Made by a program: the position numbers and the translations under genes. From Leptolyngbya sp. DLM2.Bin27 (GTDB lineage: Bacteria > Cyanobacteriota > Cyanobacteriia > Phormidesmidales > Phormidesmidaceae), in contig RECJ01000242.1 of NCBI GenBank assembly GCA_007694115.1, positions 18,089 through 82,088 on the forward strand: a stretch of DNA of 64,000 bases, in the 5' to 3' direction. The notes under the pieces were generated by a model. That model was not told the origin of the DNA, made no database searches, and saw only the letters and a program-made list of their open reading frames with translations. This document shows, piece after piece, positions 34,952-45,544 of the stretch (positions are counted from its first letter, which is position 1; the number at the start of each line of letters is the position of its first letter).

Positions 34952-36541
34952 CTACTGGCTCAGGGAAGGCGCTTTGAGCACCGGCAGGGCGGCAATCGGA
35001 GCAGAACCCGCCGCACTGGCCTCGCTGGCCACAAACACCTGACCTAACCTGGCCGTCAGGCGCTGAGTGGTGGCGTCGTAAATTTGGGTCAGCATCTTGG
35101 GGTAAAAGCCAAAGCCAATGATCGGCACCAGCAGGCAGGCGATGATAAACACCTCGCGGGGCTCGGCATCGGCCAGCACTTCGTTCTCGATCAGCTCTTT
35201 ATTTTCGGGGCCGTAGAAGATTTCCCGCAGCATCGACAGCAGATAGATCGGAGTGAGAATCACGCCGATGGCCATGAAGATGACGGTGATTAGCCTAAAG
35301 GTAAAGCTGTAGGCATCGCTAGTGGCAAAGCCGACAAACACCATCAGCTCGGCCACAAAGCCGCTCATGCCGGGCAGCGCTAGCGACGCCAGCGAGCAGG
35401 TGGTGAACATGGCGAAGATCTTGGGCATCTTTTTGCCGACGCCGCCCATCTCATCGAGGATCAAGGTGTGGGTGCGATCATAGGTGGCCCCGACTAAAAA
35501 GAACAGGCTGGCCCCAATCAACCCGTGGGAGATCATTTGCAGCACCGCGCCGCTCAGCCCCAGGTTAGTAAACGAGGCGATCCCAATCAGCACAAAGCCC
35601 ATGTGCGAAATCGACGAGTAGGCGATCTTGCGCTTGAGGTTGCGCTGGGCAAAGGAGGTCAGCGCCGCATAGACAATGTTGATGCAGCCCAGGATGACGA
35701 GAATGGGGGCAAAGTAGGTGTGGGCATCGGGCAACATGCCCAGGTTCATGCGAATTAAGGCGTAGCCGCCCATTTTGAGCAAAATGCCCGCCAGCAGCAT
35801 GTGCACCGGGGCCGTGGCTTCGCCGTGGGCATCGGGTAGCCAGGTGTGCAGCGGAATAATCGGCAGCTTGACCGCGTAGGCAATCAAAAACGCCCCGTAG
35901 AGCAAGAGCTGGAGCCGCAGCGGGTAGACCTTTTCGGCCAGGGCCGCCATGTCAAAGGTAATGGTGTCGCCGTAGAAGGCCATGGCCAGCGCCGCCACCA
36001 AAATAAACAGCGACCCGCCCGCCGTGTAGAGAATGAACTTAGTCGCCGCGTAGAGCCGCTTTTTGCCGCCCCAGATCGACAGCAGCAGGTACACCGGAAT
36101 CAGCTCCAGCTCCCAAAACAGGAAGAACAAGAGCATATCCTGCACGGCAAATACGCCGATCTGGCCGGTGTACATGGCCAGCAGCAAAAAGTAGAAAAAC
36201 TTGGGTTTGAGGGTCACCGGCCAGGCCGCCAGTGCCGCCAGGGTGGTGATAAACCCAGTCAGCAGCACCAGCGGCATTGACAGACCATCGACCCCCACCG
36301 ACCACCTGAGGTCGAGCTGAGGTACCCAGGTATAGCTCTCGACTAGCTGGAGGCCCGGCTGACTAAAGTCGTAGTTGAGGTAGAAGGCGGCCACGATCAA
36401 GACGAAATCGATCAGGCCCACCGAAAGAGCGTACCAGCGCACCGTCTTGCCGTTGTCGTCGGGCAAAAACGGAATGGCCACGCAGGAGAGCAGCGGCAGC
36501 AGTGTAACGGTGGTCAACCAGGGGAAAGTGGCGAGGTCCAT
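34952..36541 (-). CDS. ndhD1: NAD(P)H-quinone oxidoreductase subunit 4 (NdhD1)
   Basis: [32 protein letters not shown]; follows ndhF. Confidence 0.93.
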   Translation of the reverse strand: MDLATFPWLTTVTLLPLLSCVAIPFLPDDNGKTVRWYALSVGLIDFVLIVAAFYLNYDFSQPGLQLVESYTWVPQLDLRWSVGVDGLSMPLVLLTGFITTLAALAAWPVTLKPKFFYFLLLAMYTGQIGVFAVQDMLLFFLFWELELIPVYLLLSIWGGKKRLYAATKFILYTAGGSLFILVAALAMAFYGDTITFDMAALAEKVYPLRLQLLLYGAFLIAYAVKLPIIPLHTWLPDAHGEATAPVHMLLAGILLKMGGYALIRMNLGMLPDAHTYFAPILVILGCINIVYAALTSFAQRNLKRKIAYSSISHMGFVLIGIASFTNLGLSGAVLQMISHGLIGASLFFLVGATYDRTHTLILDEMGGVGKKMPKIFAMFTTCSLASLALPGMSGFVAELMVFVGFATSDAYSFTFRLITVIFMAIGVILTPIYLLSMLREIFYGPENKELIENEVLADAEPREVFIIACLLVPIIGFGFYPKMLTQIYDATTQRLTARLGQVFVASEASAAGSAPIAALPVLKAPSLSQ

Positions 36542-36558
36542 AGGATCGGTTTGGTTCT

Positions 36559-36658
36559 CGGGTATTGGGTATCAGGTTTCGGGTTGCGGGTATTGGGTAT
36601 CAGGTTTCGGGCTTCGGGTATTGGGTTTTAGACACCTGACACCTGATACCTGACACCC
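36559..36658. repeat. 7-mer STRR-like tandem repeats (GGGTATY/AGGTTTC then ACACCTG)
   Basis: About 13 heptamer units in ndhF-ndhD spacer, in inverted arrangement. Confidence 0.8.
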
Positions 36659-36663
36659 CATTC

Positions 36664-38745
36664 CTACGTCACTCCCGATAGCAGCACTAGCCCCAGCACC
36701 GCGCCAAACACAATCAGCGCGTAGAACTGAGCGCGGCCATTCTCTAGGTACTTGAGACCTTCGCCCGTGACCAGGGTGACGAGGCCCGCCAAGTTGACAA
36801 TGCCGTCAACAATGCGGATATCGACGGCGAGCACCTGCTTGGCCAGCTTGCGGCTGCCCTGGACGAAGACCACATCGTAGATCTCGTCGATGTACCACTT
36901 GTTGAGCGACAGGTTGTAGAGGGGTTTGATGTTAGCTGCGATCGCACTGGGATCAATCACCTTAGTCCGATACATCAGCACCGAGATCATGATGCCGACG
37001 ACAGCGATCGCCACTGAACTGCCCGCCATCAGGGCAAACTCGCTCCAGTCAAAGGCCTCTGCCGCCTCTAGCGCCTCCGCCACTTCCCCAGGGGGATGGA
37101 TAAAGGCCTCGAAGTAGTTGGCGAAGGGGGTACCCACCAGACCAATCAACACCGAGGGCACCGCCAGCGCCATCAGCGGGAAGGTCATGGACAAAGGCGA
37201 CTCGTGGGGTTCGTGGGCATGATGCCCATGGTCATCGTGATCATCGTTGGGGGCATCGAGGGTTAGCTCTTGGGGGTTCATGGCACCGGGGCCAAGGGAC
37301 ATACCCATTTTTTGTAGCTGCGCCCGCTTTAGATCGCGGCGAATGCCTTCATCGTTGCCCCTAAAGCTGCCCTCAAAGGTGGAGAAATACATGCGGAACA
37401 TGTAGAAGGCGGTGAGCCCCGCCGTCACCCAGCCCACGGCCCACAGCACCGGGCTGACCGCAAAGGTGGAGCCCAAAATTTCGTCCTTTGACCAGAAACC
37501 GGCAAAGGGCGGGATGCCGCAGATGGCCAGGGTGCCAATCAGGAAGGTGTAGGCAGTGACGGGCATATACTTACGCAGGCCGCCCATTAGGCGCATGTCT
37601 TGGGCCAGCACCGGGTCGTGGCCGACCACCTCCTCCATACCGTGGATCACCGAGCCAGATCCCAGGAACAGCATGGCCTTAAAGTAGGCGTGGGTCATGA
37701 GGTGAAACAGACCAGCGCTGTAGGCCCCCACGCCCATGGCCATGACCATGTAGCCCAGCTGCGACATGGTGGAAAAGGCCAGCCCTTTCTTAATGTCGTT
37801 TTGGGTAATAGCGATGGTCGCCCCCATGAAGGCGGTAAAGGCCCCGGTGTAGGCAATCACGGTCATTACCGTGGGGATGTGCTCAAACACGGGGTACATG
37901 CGAGCCACCAAGAACACCCCCGCCGCCACCATGGTCGCCGCGTGAATCAGCGCCGAGATCGGGGTAGGGCCTTCCATGGCGTCGGGTAGCCACACATGGA
38001 GGGGGAACTGGGCCGACTTGGCCATGGGGCCGAGGAACACCAGAATAGCAAACACAGCGGCCAGACCAGCACTCAGACTGCCGGTGTTGACCAGGTCGGT
38101 GAGCCGCTCGCCCATGATCTCAAAGTCAAAGCTGCCGGTGGCCCAAAACAGAGCCAAAATGCCCAGCAGCAGGCCAAAGTCGCCTACCCGGTTGGTGACA
38201 AAGGCCTTTTGGCAGGCGTCGGCGGCGGGCTTGCGGTCGTACCAAAAGCCGATCAGCAGGTAAGAGCACATGCCCACCAGCTCCCAAAACACATACACCT
38301 GGAGCAGGTTGGGGCTGATCACCAGCCCCAGCATCGAGGAGCTAAACAGGCTCAGGTAGGCATAGAACCTCACATAGCCCGGATCGTGGGCCATGTAGCC
38401 GTCGGTGTAGATCATCACCAAAAAGGCGACGGTGGTGACCACCACCAGCATCAGCGCCGCTAGGTGGTCGATGGTGTAACCCATCTCGATGCGGAAGTCG
38501 CCCGCCGAGGCCCACTCAAACATGGCCTGGTAGGGAGCGTGGCCCTGCCACTGACTCCAAAAGATTGCGAAGGAATATACCATCGCCGCCCCAATCAGGG
38601 AGACGATGAAGACCGATGCCGGCTGCCGTAGTTTGTTGGTAGCCTGGCCGTAGGAAATTAGCCCGGTGCCTACCACCGCCGCGCCGAGGAGCGGCAGCAC
38701 GGGTATGAGCCAGGCGTATTGATAAAGTGTCTCTACAGAATCCAT
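36664..38745 (-). CDS. ndhF1: NAD(P)H-quinone oxidoreductase subunit 5 (NdhF1)
   Basis: YQYAWLIPVLP, KSAQFPLHVWLPDAMEGPTPISALIHAATMV. Confidence 0.95.
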   Translation of the reverse strand: MDSVETLYQYAWLIPVLPLLGAAVVGTGLISYGQATNKLRQPASVFIVSLIGAAMVYSFAIFWSQWQGHAPYQAMFEWASAGDFRIEMGYTIDHLAALMLVVVTTVAFLVMIYTDGYMAHDPGYVRFYAYLSLFSSSMLGLVISPNLLQVYVFWELVGMCSYLLIGFWYDRKPAADACQKAFVTNRVGDFGLLLGILALFWATGSFDFEIMGERLTDLVNTGSLSAGLAAVFAILVFLGPMAKSAQFPLHVWLPDAMEGPTPISALIHAATMVAAGVFLVARMYPVFEHIPTVMTVIAYTGAFTAFMGATIAITQNDIKKGLAFSTMSQLGYMVMAMGVGAYSAGLFHLMTHAYFKAMLFLGSGSVIHGMEEVVGHDPVLAQDMRLMGGLRKYMPVTAYTFLIGTLAICGIPPFAGFWSKDEILGSTFAVSPVLWAVGWVTAGLTAFYMFRMYFSTFEGSFRGNDEGIRRDLKRAQLQKMGMSLGPGAMNPQELTLDAPNDDHDDHGHHAHEPHESPLSMTFPLMALAVPSVLIGLVGTPFANYFEAFIHPPGEVAEALEAAEAFDWSEFALMAGSSVAIAVVGIMISVLMYRTKVIDPSAIAANIKPLYNLSLNKWYIDEIYDVVFVQGSRKLAKQVLAVDIRIVDGIVNLAGLVTLVTGEGLKYLENGRAQFYALIVFGAVLGLVLLSGVT

Positions 38746-39128
38746 CTTGACTGCCTACTCCAAGAGCTTGCGTGAGTTGGCAAAAAACCGCTTACATTCT
38801 GACATACCCTTCCCCAAGGAAAAGTCGGTTTCGTATCAAAGTTGAGCAGGTTGGGGGCGATCGCCGCCCAAACCGAGAGCCTCAACACCGGGCAGAGCCT
38901 CGGCCAAAACCCCTTAAAGGCTGGCCCCAGGCTCATTCTGCCGACTTAGCCAAGGTCGGGGGGTTTTTCTTAAGAAAGATGTTTGATTCTAGGTGCGATC
39001 GCACCCAACAGCAAACTTCAGCCCCCAACCTCTGGCCAGGGCAGCCTTGACCACTGGCCCTGATTTTTAGCTAAGCTAGCTGCTCTCTTTAGCCCCGATG
39101 TCTGACCCCATCCCGACACATTACCGCG

Positions 39129-39452
39129 ATGAAGTTCTGGCTAGTCTGTTTTTTACTTCTGTTTTTTGCCGCCGAAACCGCCCAGTGGTTAGGCCAGTTG
39201 GCCTGGGTCGGCAGTGCCGAACTATCGCTGCCGCTGACAGTGGCGGGGGGTATTGGCCTTGCGATCGCATCCAACTATCGCCGCTGGCCGAGCCTAGAGG
39301 CTCCCTCCACCAAGCCAGAGCCACCGCCCTTGCCCACCGCCATGCCGCCAACCGTGGCCCCTGCGCCGCTCCCCAAGGCCAGACGCAAGGGCGATACGAT
39401 CTCGTTTGAGATCAAGAAACCTGATCAGGGAGTAGGGGATGTGGGTGGGTAG
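39129..39452 (+). CDS. hypothetical membrane protein
   Basis: MKFWLVCFLLLF...GGIGLAIASNY...ISFEI; two TM. Confidence 0.7.
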   Translation: MKFWLVCFLLLFFAAETAQWLGQLAWVGSAELSLPLTVAGGIGLAIASNYRRWPSLEAPSTKPEPPPLPTAMPPTVAPAPLPKARRKGDTISFEIKKPDQGVGDVGG

Positions 39453-39528
39453 GTGAGAAAGCAATCTTCAGTCACATCCCCTACTCACCCACACCACTTA
39501 CCCACTCACTCATCCACCCATCTACTCC

Positions 39529-40101
39529 CTACCTCCCCATGCTCCGCTTCAGCTCCTCTAGCTCCTGCTCCGTCTCCCACCGCTGAAACGACTCCTCTAG
39601 GGGATCGGTTGGGTTGTTGCCAAAGCCGTCGAAGGGGGTCTTAGCCCAGCCGGTGTCCCAGCTGGTGCGCTGGGCGGTGCGCTGGGTTTGGGTTTCGGCG
39701 ATCTTGGCCTTGAGTTCGCGGCGGCGATCGTGGATCTCTTTTTGTAGGGTGCGGGTCTGGTCGATCTGATCTTTAACGCCTTTGAGCTGGCCCCAGTACT
39801 GGTTGCCCTGGCGCAGCAGGGCGGCTTCGCGCTCTTGGGCCGCTTTGACCAGATCGAGGCGGTTGGCGGCCTGGGCGTTTTTAATCCGTTCGTGCCAGCG
39901 CTGGATGTCTTGGGCGGTGGCGAGAATGCTGTCTTCCAGCTGCTTTTCGCGACGTTTGAGGTCACCTAGCAGGTGAATAGCATCCTGTTCCTGGCCCCGT
40001 AGCTGATCTTCGAGGCCCCACAGCTCTAGGTGGGGGTTGGCTTTGAGAAACTCATCCAGCCGGGTTTCAAGAAATTTGCTCAGGTCTTCAAAGAGGCCCA
40101 T
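39529..40101 (-). CDS. TIGR04376-family coiled-coil protein (PspA/IM30-like)
   Basis: MGLFEDLSKFLETRLDEFLKANPHLEL, AQEREAALLRQGNQYWG, WETEQELEELK. Confidence 0.85.
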   Translation of the reverse strand: MGLFEDLSKFLETRLDEFLKANPHLELWGLEDQLRGQEQDAIHLLGDLKRREKQLEDSILATAQDIQRWHERIKNAQAANRLDLVKAAQEREAALLRQGNQYWGQLKGVKDQIDQTRTLQKEIHDRRRELKAKIAETQTQRTAQRTSWDTGWAKTPFDGFGNNPTDPLEESFQRWETEQELEELKRSMGR

Positions 40102-40287
40102 GGTGTGACTCCTGCCGCAACGCCTGCCTTTCAGAATAGCGGGTTGCACGAGAGGGTGCTCAAACGCACCAAAGACGAGTCTCTGCGATTAAACAGCACT
40201 GTTGCCTGCGATCGCAGCCCCAATCGCAGGCCTAGGGTGGCCAGTTCAGAGCCTGGACACCCCCCAGACTCCCAGGAGGGAGCGGAA

Positions 40288-40647
40288 TTAACGCTTGACT
40301 TGGGGGATAACGCCTTTGCTTTCGACGCAGGCTAGGTAGGCAATTTCGGTTTCGTCGAGCTTATAGTCGTCGTAGTTGTCTTTGACGTCAAAGACTTTCT
40401 CTAAAAAGTCGTTCTTAGATTCTTGCAAAGCTCGGGACAGGTTGCCCTTACTGAGTTCTTTCGGCAAACACTGGGCCATGGCGGTCAGATCGGTGCCGTC
40501 GGCGGCAATGTAGCGTTTGGAGTCAGGGGCATCGGCCGCGTAGGCGGGGGCGGCAAACAAACTAGAGCCCAGCCACAGCAGCCCAGCCAAGAGCACCAGC
40601 ATGAGACGTTGAGCAATGCCACGGGTAAAACGTCGAGAAACTGACAT
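40288..40647 (-). CDS. exported hypothetical protein
   Basis: Signal peptide ending AYA; two Cys. Confidence 0.7.
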   Translation of the reverse strand: MSVSRRFTRGIAQRLMLVLLAGLLWLGSSLFAAPAYAADAPDSKRYIAADGTDLTAMAQCLPKELSKGNLSRALQESKNDFLEKVFDVKDNYDDYKLDETEIAYLACVESKGVIPQVKR

Positions 40648-40931
40648 GTTGATTAGACCTATGTAATTGCGTTGCCGTTTTATTGTAAACAAATAAAAAT
40701 TATTTGGGTGATCATGCAGATTAAGCGCTATTGACTAAGCGCCACTTACCCGCCCAGGGCTAGTACTCTGAGGCGGAAATAAATCACCTATTCAGTTAGG
40801 CGAAACCCCTTACTTGTTATGGGCTGCCCGTTCTGCCTTCTACCTGCTTACTTCTGCTTCCCTGTACTAGCGCTAGGCAAACATCTTCCCCGGCGTTGGC
40901 GTCCCCACAATCCATGGGGCAGAAGGGCAAT

Positions 40932-41960
40932 CTAGAACCGTTGGCCCATATAGATCGACCGCACATCGCCATTGCGACGAATCACCGCCACTTCGTTAGC
41001 CACTGACACCAGGGTCCAGCCGCTGCTGCCAATGCGCTCGCCAATGTAGACCCGCTGGGAAACTCCGCTGATCTCGAACAGGGCAGCCGAGCGATTACCC
41101 AATTCTAAAATGCCCACCAGCGAGTGGATAGGAGCGGCAGCTGGTGCCCCAGGAGCAGGGGTGGCAGGGGCGGCAGGGGCGGCGGGGGCGATTGGGGCGG
41201 GCAGCACTGCACCGGGCTGGGGTACCAGGTCGGGCAAGCTGGCGGCGGGCTGCTGGGTGGTCTGGTAGGGAATGTAAACCCGTTCGATCACGTTGACAGG
41301 GCCAGATCCGAGGCTGCCCACGGTACCGCCTGCCCCTAGGGGTGGCAGCATCGGTGGGGCGGGTATTCCGCCGGAGGTGGGCAGTTGGTTGGCGGTGCCA
41401 TCAGCGCCTAGTTCACCGCGCTCTACCCTGGCAGCAATGACATCTAAGGAGCGCTGCAGATAGGCCAAAAATTCCTGATCAGACTGTTGGGCAGCGGTTT
41501 CGGGGTCGGGCGCTCGCTGACCCGACTGGTTAAACCACAGCAGACCAGCAATGCCCATGAGTGACAGGGCTGTGATCGTCAGCAGTAGACGGTCAAAGAT
41601 CTGGCCAAAGCGAGACTTGGTCGGGGCCGGGGCTGCCGCCGCCTGGGCATCGGCCTCGCTGAAGATATCGAGTTCGTTGCCCAGCGGCACCAGGGGAGCC
41701 TCTGCCACCGGAGGCTCCGCCGGCTCGGCGGTGGTCTCGACAATCGGGGCAAGAGCGGTAGAAGCAGGCTCTGGCGGTGCTTCTACCGCTGCTTCTACCG
41801 CTGCTAAAGCGGCTTCGTCACCGTCTAAAATTTTGTCTACGTCGTCAAATAGCTCGGCAATCAAGCTATCAGCGTAGGTAGTCACCAGAATGTCTGGGTC
41901 GACCGGGGTAGGCTCCTCGGGCGGCAGTGTGGCAGTGCTGCGGGATTCTTCCTGGATCAT
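40932..41960 (-). CDS. bitopic protein with C-terminal GspC/PilP-like domain
   Basis: One TM; C-terminal LVGILELGNRSAALF...GERIGSSGWTLVSV. Confidence 0.7.
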   Translation of the reverse strand: MIQEESRSTATLPPEEPTPVDPDILVTTYADSLIAELFDDVDKILDGDEAALAAVEAAVEAPPEPASTALAPIVETTAEPAEPPVAEAPLVPLGNELDIFSEADAQAAAAPAPTKSRFGQIFDRLLLTITALSLMGIAGLLWFNQSGQRAPDPETAAQQSDQEFLAYLQRSLDVIAARVERGELGADGTANQLPTSGGIPAPPMLPPLGAGGTVGSLGSGPVNVIERVYIPYQTTQQPAASLPDLVPQPGAVLPAPIAPAAPAAPATPAPGAPAAAPIHSLVGILELGNRSAALFEISGVSQRVYIGERIGSSGWTLVSVANEVAVIRRNGDVRSIYMGQRF

Positions 41961-42139
41961 AGGTCGAGTTATCCTGGCGTTGGCAAAGGGAAATAGTAAC
42001 GTTGCTTGATGTTTAGCGCTGACAGCAGATCACCCCGAAAGCTAAACGAGCCTTGAAGCTAAACGAGTCCTAGGTTAGGGCTACAGCACAGCTCTAGCGG
42101 GCATTTCCCCCATAGTCTGCTGAAGTTTACCCCAACTTG

Positions 42140-42174
42140 CCAAATCTTTCATCCCGGTGGCATGAAAGATTTGG
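42140..42174. terminator. 13-bp hairpin downstream of cupin gene
   Basis: CCAAATCTTTCAT-N9-ATGAAAGATTTGG. Confidence 0.55.
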
Positions 42175-42297
42175 GGTGAAGGGAGAGATCGATCAAAACT
42201 GGGTTGCTGAGCACAGGTATGAATTTGACCATCAATGCTCCTTGCAGAGTCGCACGGCTGTGCGCCCGCACCCAAGTTCATCCTTGCACCCCTATCT

Positions 42298-42906
42298 CTA
42301 AAAGGGTTTGGCGGTGTGGTGCTCTCGGTCAAATTCGTAGCGATCGCTAAAGTTGGTCGCCCCGTAGAGGTTAAACGACACCGTCGGTGCATCGCCCAGC
42401 GGCTCGACACTGTGGATGGCGTTGGCGGTGAGGGCCACCACATCGCCGGGGTTGAGAATCAGATCGTCAACCAGCTCTAGGCGATCGCTCTGTCCGGGCT
42501 GGGGGGCTCGCCGCCAGAGGCGGTTGCGCTCTTGACCGCCCACCAGGGCAACAATGCCCCAGGCCCCGTGGTTGTGAATGGTCGATTGGTGCCCCGGCAG
42601 CCCGGCCACCATCTGCACTGTGATCGGAAACTCATGCTCTCGGTAGAGAAAGTTGACGCTCCAGCCCGTGGTCGGGTCGGGGTTGTAATACTCCATTTGC
42701 AGCCAGTAGGAGCTCACCAGCAGCCGGCGCACCAGGGGCGTGATCGCCTCTAGACGACTCAGGTCATCGTGGAAGGTGTCAAGAATATCTTCTAGCTCGG
42801 TGAGAAACCGATACAGACGGTAGTAGCGCCCTGGCTCCACTGTTGCGGGATTGCCAAAGGGGCGGTGGGTGCCGTCGTCGGTAATCAGCCAGTTGTGGTT
42901 TGCCAT
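42298..42906 (-). CDS. cupin, cysteine-dioxygenase-like
   Basis: STIHNHGAWG...AIHSVE. Confidence 0.85.
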   Translation of the reverse strand: MANHNWLITDDGTHRPFGNPATVEPGRYYRLYRFLTELEDILDTFHDDLSRLEAITPLVRRLLVSSYWLQMEYYNPDPTTGWSVNFLYREHEFPITVQMVAGLPGHQSTIHNHGAWGIVALVGGQERNRLWRRAPQPGQSDRLELVDDLILNPGDVVALTANAIHSVEPLGDAPTVSFNLYGATNFSDRYEFDREHHTAKPF

Positions 42907-42934
42907 AGCGGTTTTGGGGAGCTGCGGAGCGCGG

Positions 42935-43756
42935 CTACTCAACTCGCAGGCGGCGGGTCTCAACCACCATGCCGTCTTCGCGAATCACCACGGACGAAAC
43001 CCAGCGATTGTCGGGCTCCTCGGGGGCGGTGCCCACTTTATAGAGACCGCCGGAGCTGAGAATGCCCAACACCACCGGGCGGGGCTCAAAGAAGTCTTCG
43101 GCGGTGACCCCTTCCTCGACGGCAACCCCCATCAGCGTCCGCCCCTCCAGCGGCTCTATGACAATGGTGTCAAAGCTGTAAGATTCGCCCGGGGAGAGGG
43201 TTTGGGGTAGCCGTACTTGCACGGTGGGGGGCCTGTCGCCTGAAGTTAGACGACTGGTTTCTGAGAGGGTGACTTGGGAGACGATTTGGCCCGCTTCGAG
43301 CCGCTGGCGCGAGGTGATATCGGCGCTGAGGGTGAGGGTGCGATCGCTGCGGGTCTGCTGGCCGGCGATCTGAGTGCGGGTTTCGACGATGTAGCTGCCG
43401 GGGTCAGCGGCCTGCCAGCTCAGCAGCTCAATCTCGTAGGTGAGGTCGGGGTACTGCTGCCAGAGGGTTTCGAGGGTTTGGCGCAGCTGGGCGTAGTCAA
43501 AGCCCGTGTCGCTGGTAAACGACTGGCTGTAAAAGGCCATGACGGCGTCGAGGTTGCGATCGCTCGCCGCTGCCTCTAACTCGGTGAGCAGGCGCTGTAC
43601 CTCGGCGGGGGCCGCCTGGGCCACCGTGGTCGGACTGGCCACCGACGGGTGGGGCGGATTAGATAGCGCCACCGTGGGGCAGACTGCTGCCGCCAGCCCT
43701 AGGGTGGCCGCCGTCGCCAGTCCAAGACTCCACCGTCTGCCCAAAGCTCTTACCAC
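42935..43756 (-). CDS. exported NTF2/SnoaL-like protein
   Basis: Signal peptide; AASDRNLDAVMAFYSQSF; probable GTG start 43756. Confidence 0.8.
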   Translation of the reverse strand: MVRALGRRWSLGLATAATLGLAAAVCPTVALSNPPHPSVASPTTVAQAAPAEVQRLLTELEAAASDRNLDAVMAFYSQSFTSDTGFDYAQLRQTLETLWQQYPDLTYEIELLSWQAADPGSYIVETRTQIAGQQTRSDRTLTLSADITSRQRLEAGQIVSQVTLSETSRLTSGDRPPTVQVRLPQTLSPGESYSFDTIVIEPLEGRTLMGVAVEEGVTAEDFFEPRPVVLGILSSGGLYKVGTAPEEPDNRWVSSVVIREDGMVVETRRLRVE

Positions 43757-43853
43757 GCTAAACCGCCCTACGTCAGAAATACTCCGTCTACCATATATCA
43801 ATCGACCGGGAGTTGGTATAGTTAGAGGCGTTTTCAGCATTGAGGGTGTTCCA

Positions 43854-44975
43854 TTGCCCCCAGCATCTACCCCCCCAGCCTCAGCCCGGGCAGGCTCTAT
43901 CACCTCGCCCCGGCTGCTGGTAGCCGCCAGCGGTACCGGTGGGCACCTGTTTCCGGCGATTGCCACCGCCACCGCTCTGCTCGACGACCACTATTCGATT
44001 GAGTGGCTGGGGGTGCCCGATCGCCTCGAAACCACCCTGGTGCCCGACCACTTTCCGCTGCACACAGTGCGCATGGCCGGGTTTCAGGGGCGACCTGGGC
44101 CGACTACGGTCAAAACCCTGGGGCAGTTTGGCCGGGCGATCGCTCAGGTGCGCCAGCTGCTCAAAACGGGTCAATTTGACGGGGTGTTTACCACTGGTGG
44201 CTACATTGCGGCCCCGGCGATCATTGCGGCGCGATCGCTCGGCCTGCCTGCCGTGCTGCACGAGTCTAACGCCCTGCCGGGCAAAGTCACCCGCTGGCTG
44301 AGCCCCTGGTGTACCACAGTGGCGCTGGGGTTTGAGGCCGCCCGCGCTCACCTGCCCCAGGCCCAAACCGTCGTGGTGGGCACCCCCGTACGCCCTGACT
44401 TTCTCACCCCAAACCCACCAGCACTGATCGATCCCGCCATTCCCGACGGGGTGCCGCTCATTGTGGTGGTGGGCGGCAGCCAGGGGGCCGTCGCGGTAAA
44501 TCAGCTGGTGCGGGCCGCTGCCCCCGCCTGGGTTGAGGCGGGGGCTTGGATTGTGCACCAGACCGGCACCAGCGATCCCGAGGCCGACAGTTTTGCCCAC
44601 CCCCAGTACATCCATCGACCGTTCTTTGGCTCCATGGCCGGGTTGATGCACCGGGCCACCCTGGCCATTGGCCGGGCCGGGGCGGGCACCCTCACAGAGC
44701 TGGCCATCTCTCGTACCCCCGCCATCCTGATTCCCTACCCCTACGCCGCAGAAGATCACCAGACGGTGAATGCAGCCGTGTTTGTCCAGGCCAATGCCGC
44801 CCTGATGCTGCCCCAGGGCAAAACATCGCCAGACCAGCTCCAGGCATTGGTTTTAGATCTTCTCGCCCAGCCCCAGCGGCTTGAGGCCATGGCCACCGCC
44901 GCTGGCCACCTCGCTACTGCCGACAGCGCCACCAAACTAGCCCATTTGATTCAGCAGGTCTTGCTCAACCGCTGA
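43854..44975 (+). CDS. murG: undecaprenyl-PP-MurNAc-pentapeptide GlcNAc transferase
   Basis: SGTGGHLFPA, TGGY, HESNALPG, GGSQGA, RAGAGT; probable TTG start 43854. Confidence 0.95.
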   Translation: MPPASTPPASARAGSITSPRLLVAASGTGGHLFPAIATATALLDDHYSIEWLGVPDRLETTLVPDHFPLHTVRMAGFQGRPGPTTVKTLGQFGRAIAQVRQLLKTGQFDGVFTTGGYIAAPAIIAARSLGLPAVLHESNALPGKVTRWLSPWCTTVALGFEAARAHLPQAQTVVVGTPVRPDFLTPNPPALIDPAIPDGVPLIVVVGGSQGAVAVNQLVRAAAPAWVEAGAWIVHQTGTSDPEADSFAHPQYIHRPFFGSMAGLMHRATLAIGRAGAGTLTELAISRTPAILIPYPYAAEDHQTVNAAVFVQANAALMLPQGKTSPDQLQALVLDLLAQPQRLEAMATAAGHLATADSATKLAHLIQQVLLNR

Positions 44976-45544
44976 TCGAGATTGCCCGCTGATAGGGGCA
45001 GTTGTGGCCAGACCTGACAGGTTCAAGGGTGGGTAAAGGGCGGGATCATTGACCAACTAGCTATTGCTTTAAAGCCAAGCGCGCCAGGCCGACAGCAAAA
45101 CGATTTCTGACTCACTAAAAGTAAAGGGAAGGTTAAGAAAACGGGCTTTTAGCCACCATACCGGGCTGCGCTGGCCTAGCCATCTCACCATTCTGCCTAG
45201 GGCTTTGCCCAAGAGCCATAGCCGCATCTCTCCAGCTTTTTGCCTGACAAAGAAAATGTGATCAAATTTACTTTTTCATTAAATTTTAATCTGATCCTGA
45301 GGTAGAGTCTACCTGTGGGCAGACAACAAATTTTAGGCTGAGCTTGCATATTAGACTTGTAGACTGCCTCAGAAAGTTGGCATACCTGATCTGAGATCGG
45401 GTAGCTGGCTCGAAATTGGGTAGGCGGTGGGGCCATTAGTCAACAACAATAGCTGACTCAGGTCATAATTATTGTTAGAATATTTTACAAATCACTCTTC
45501 CCAAGCCCACTTTCTACTAAGAGAGATGGCAAATTCTCAATCAT

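Noticed and set aside
43539-43853. 105-aa N-terminal extension of MurG
   Set aside because: Overlaps the divergent NTF2-like gene; a TTG start with SD exists at 43854
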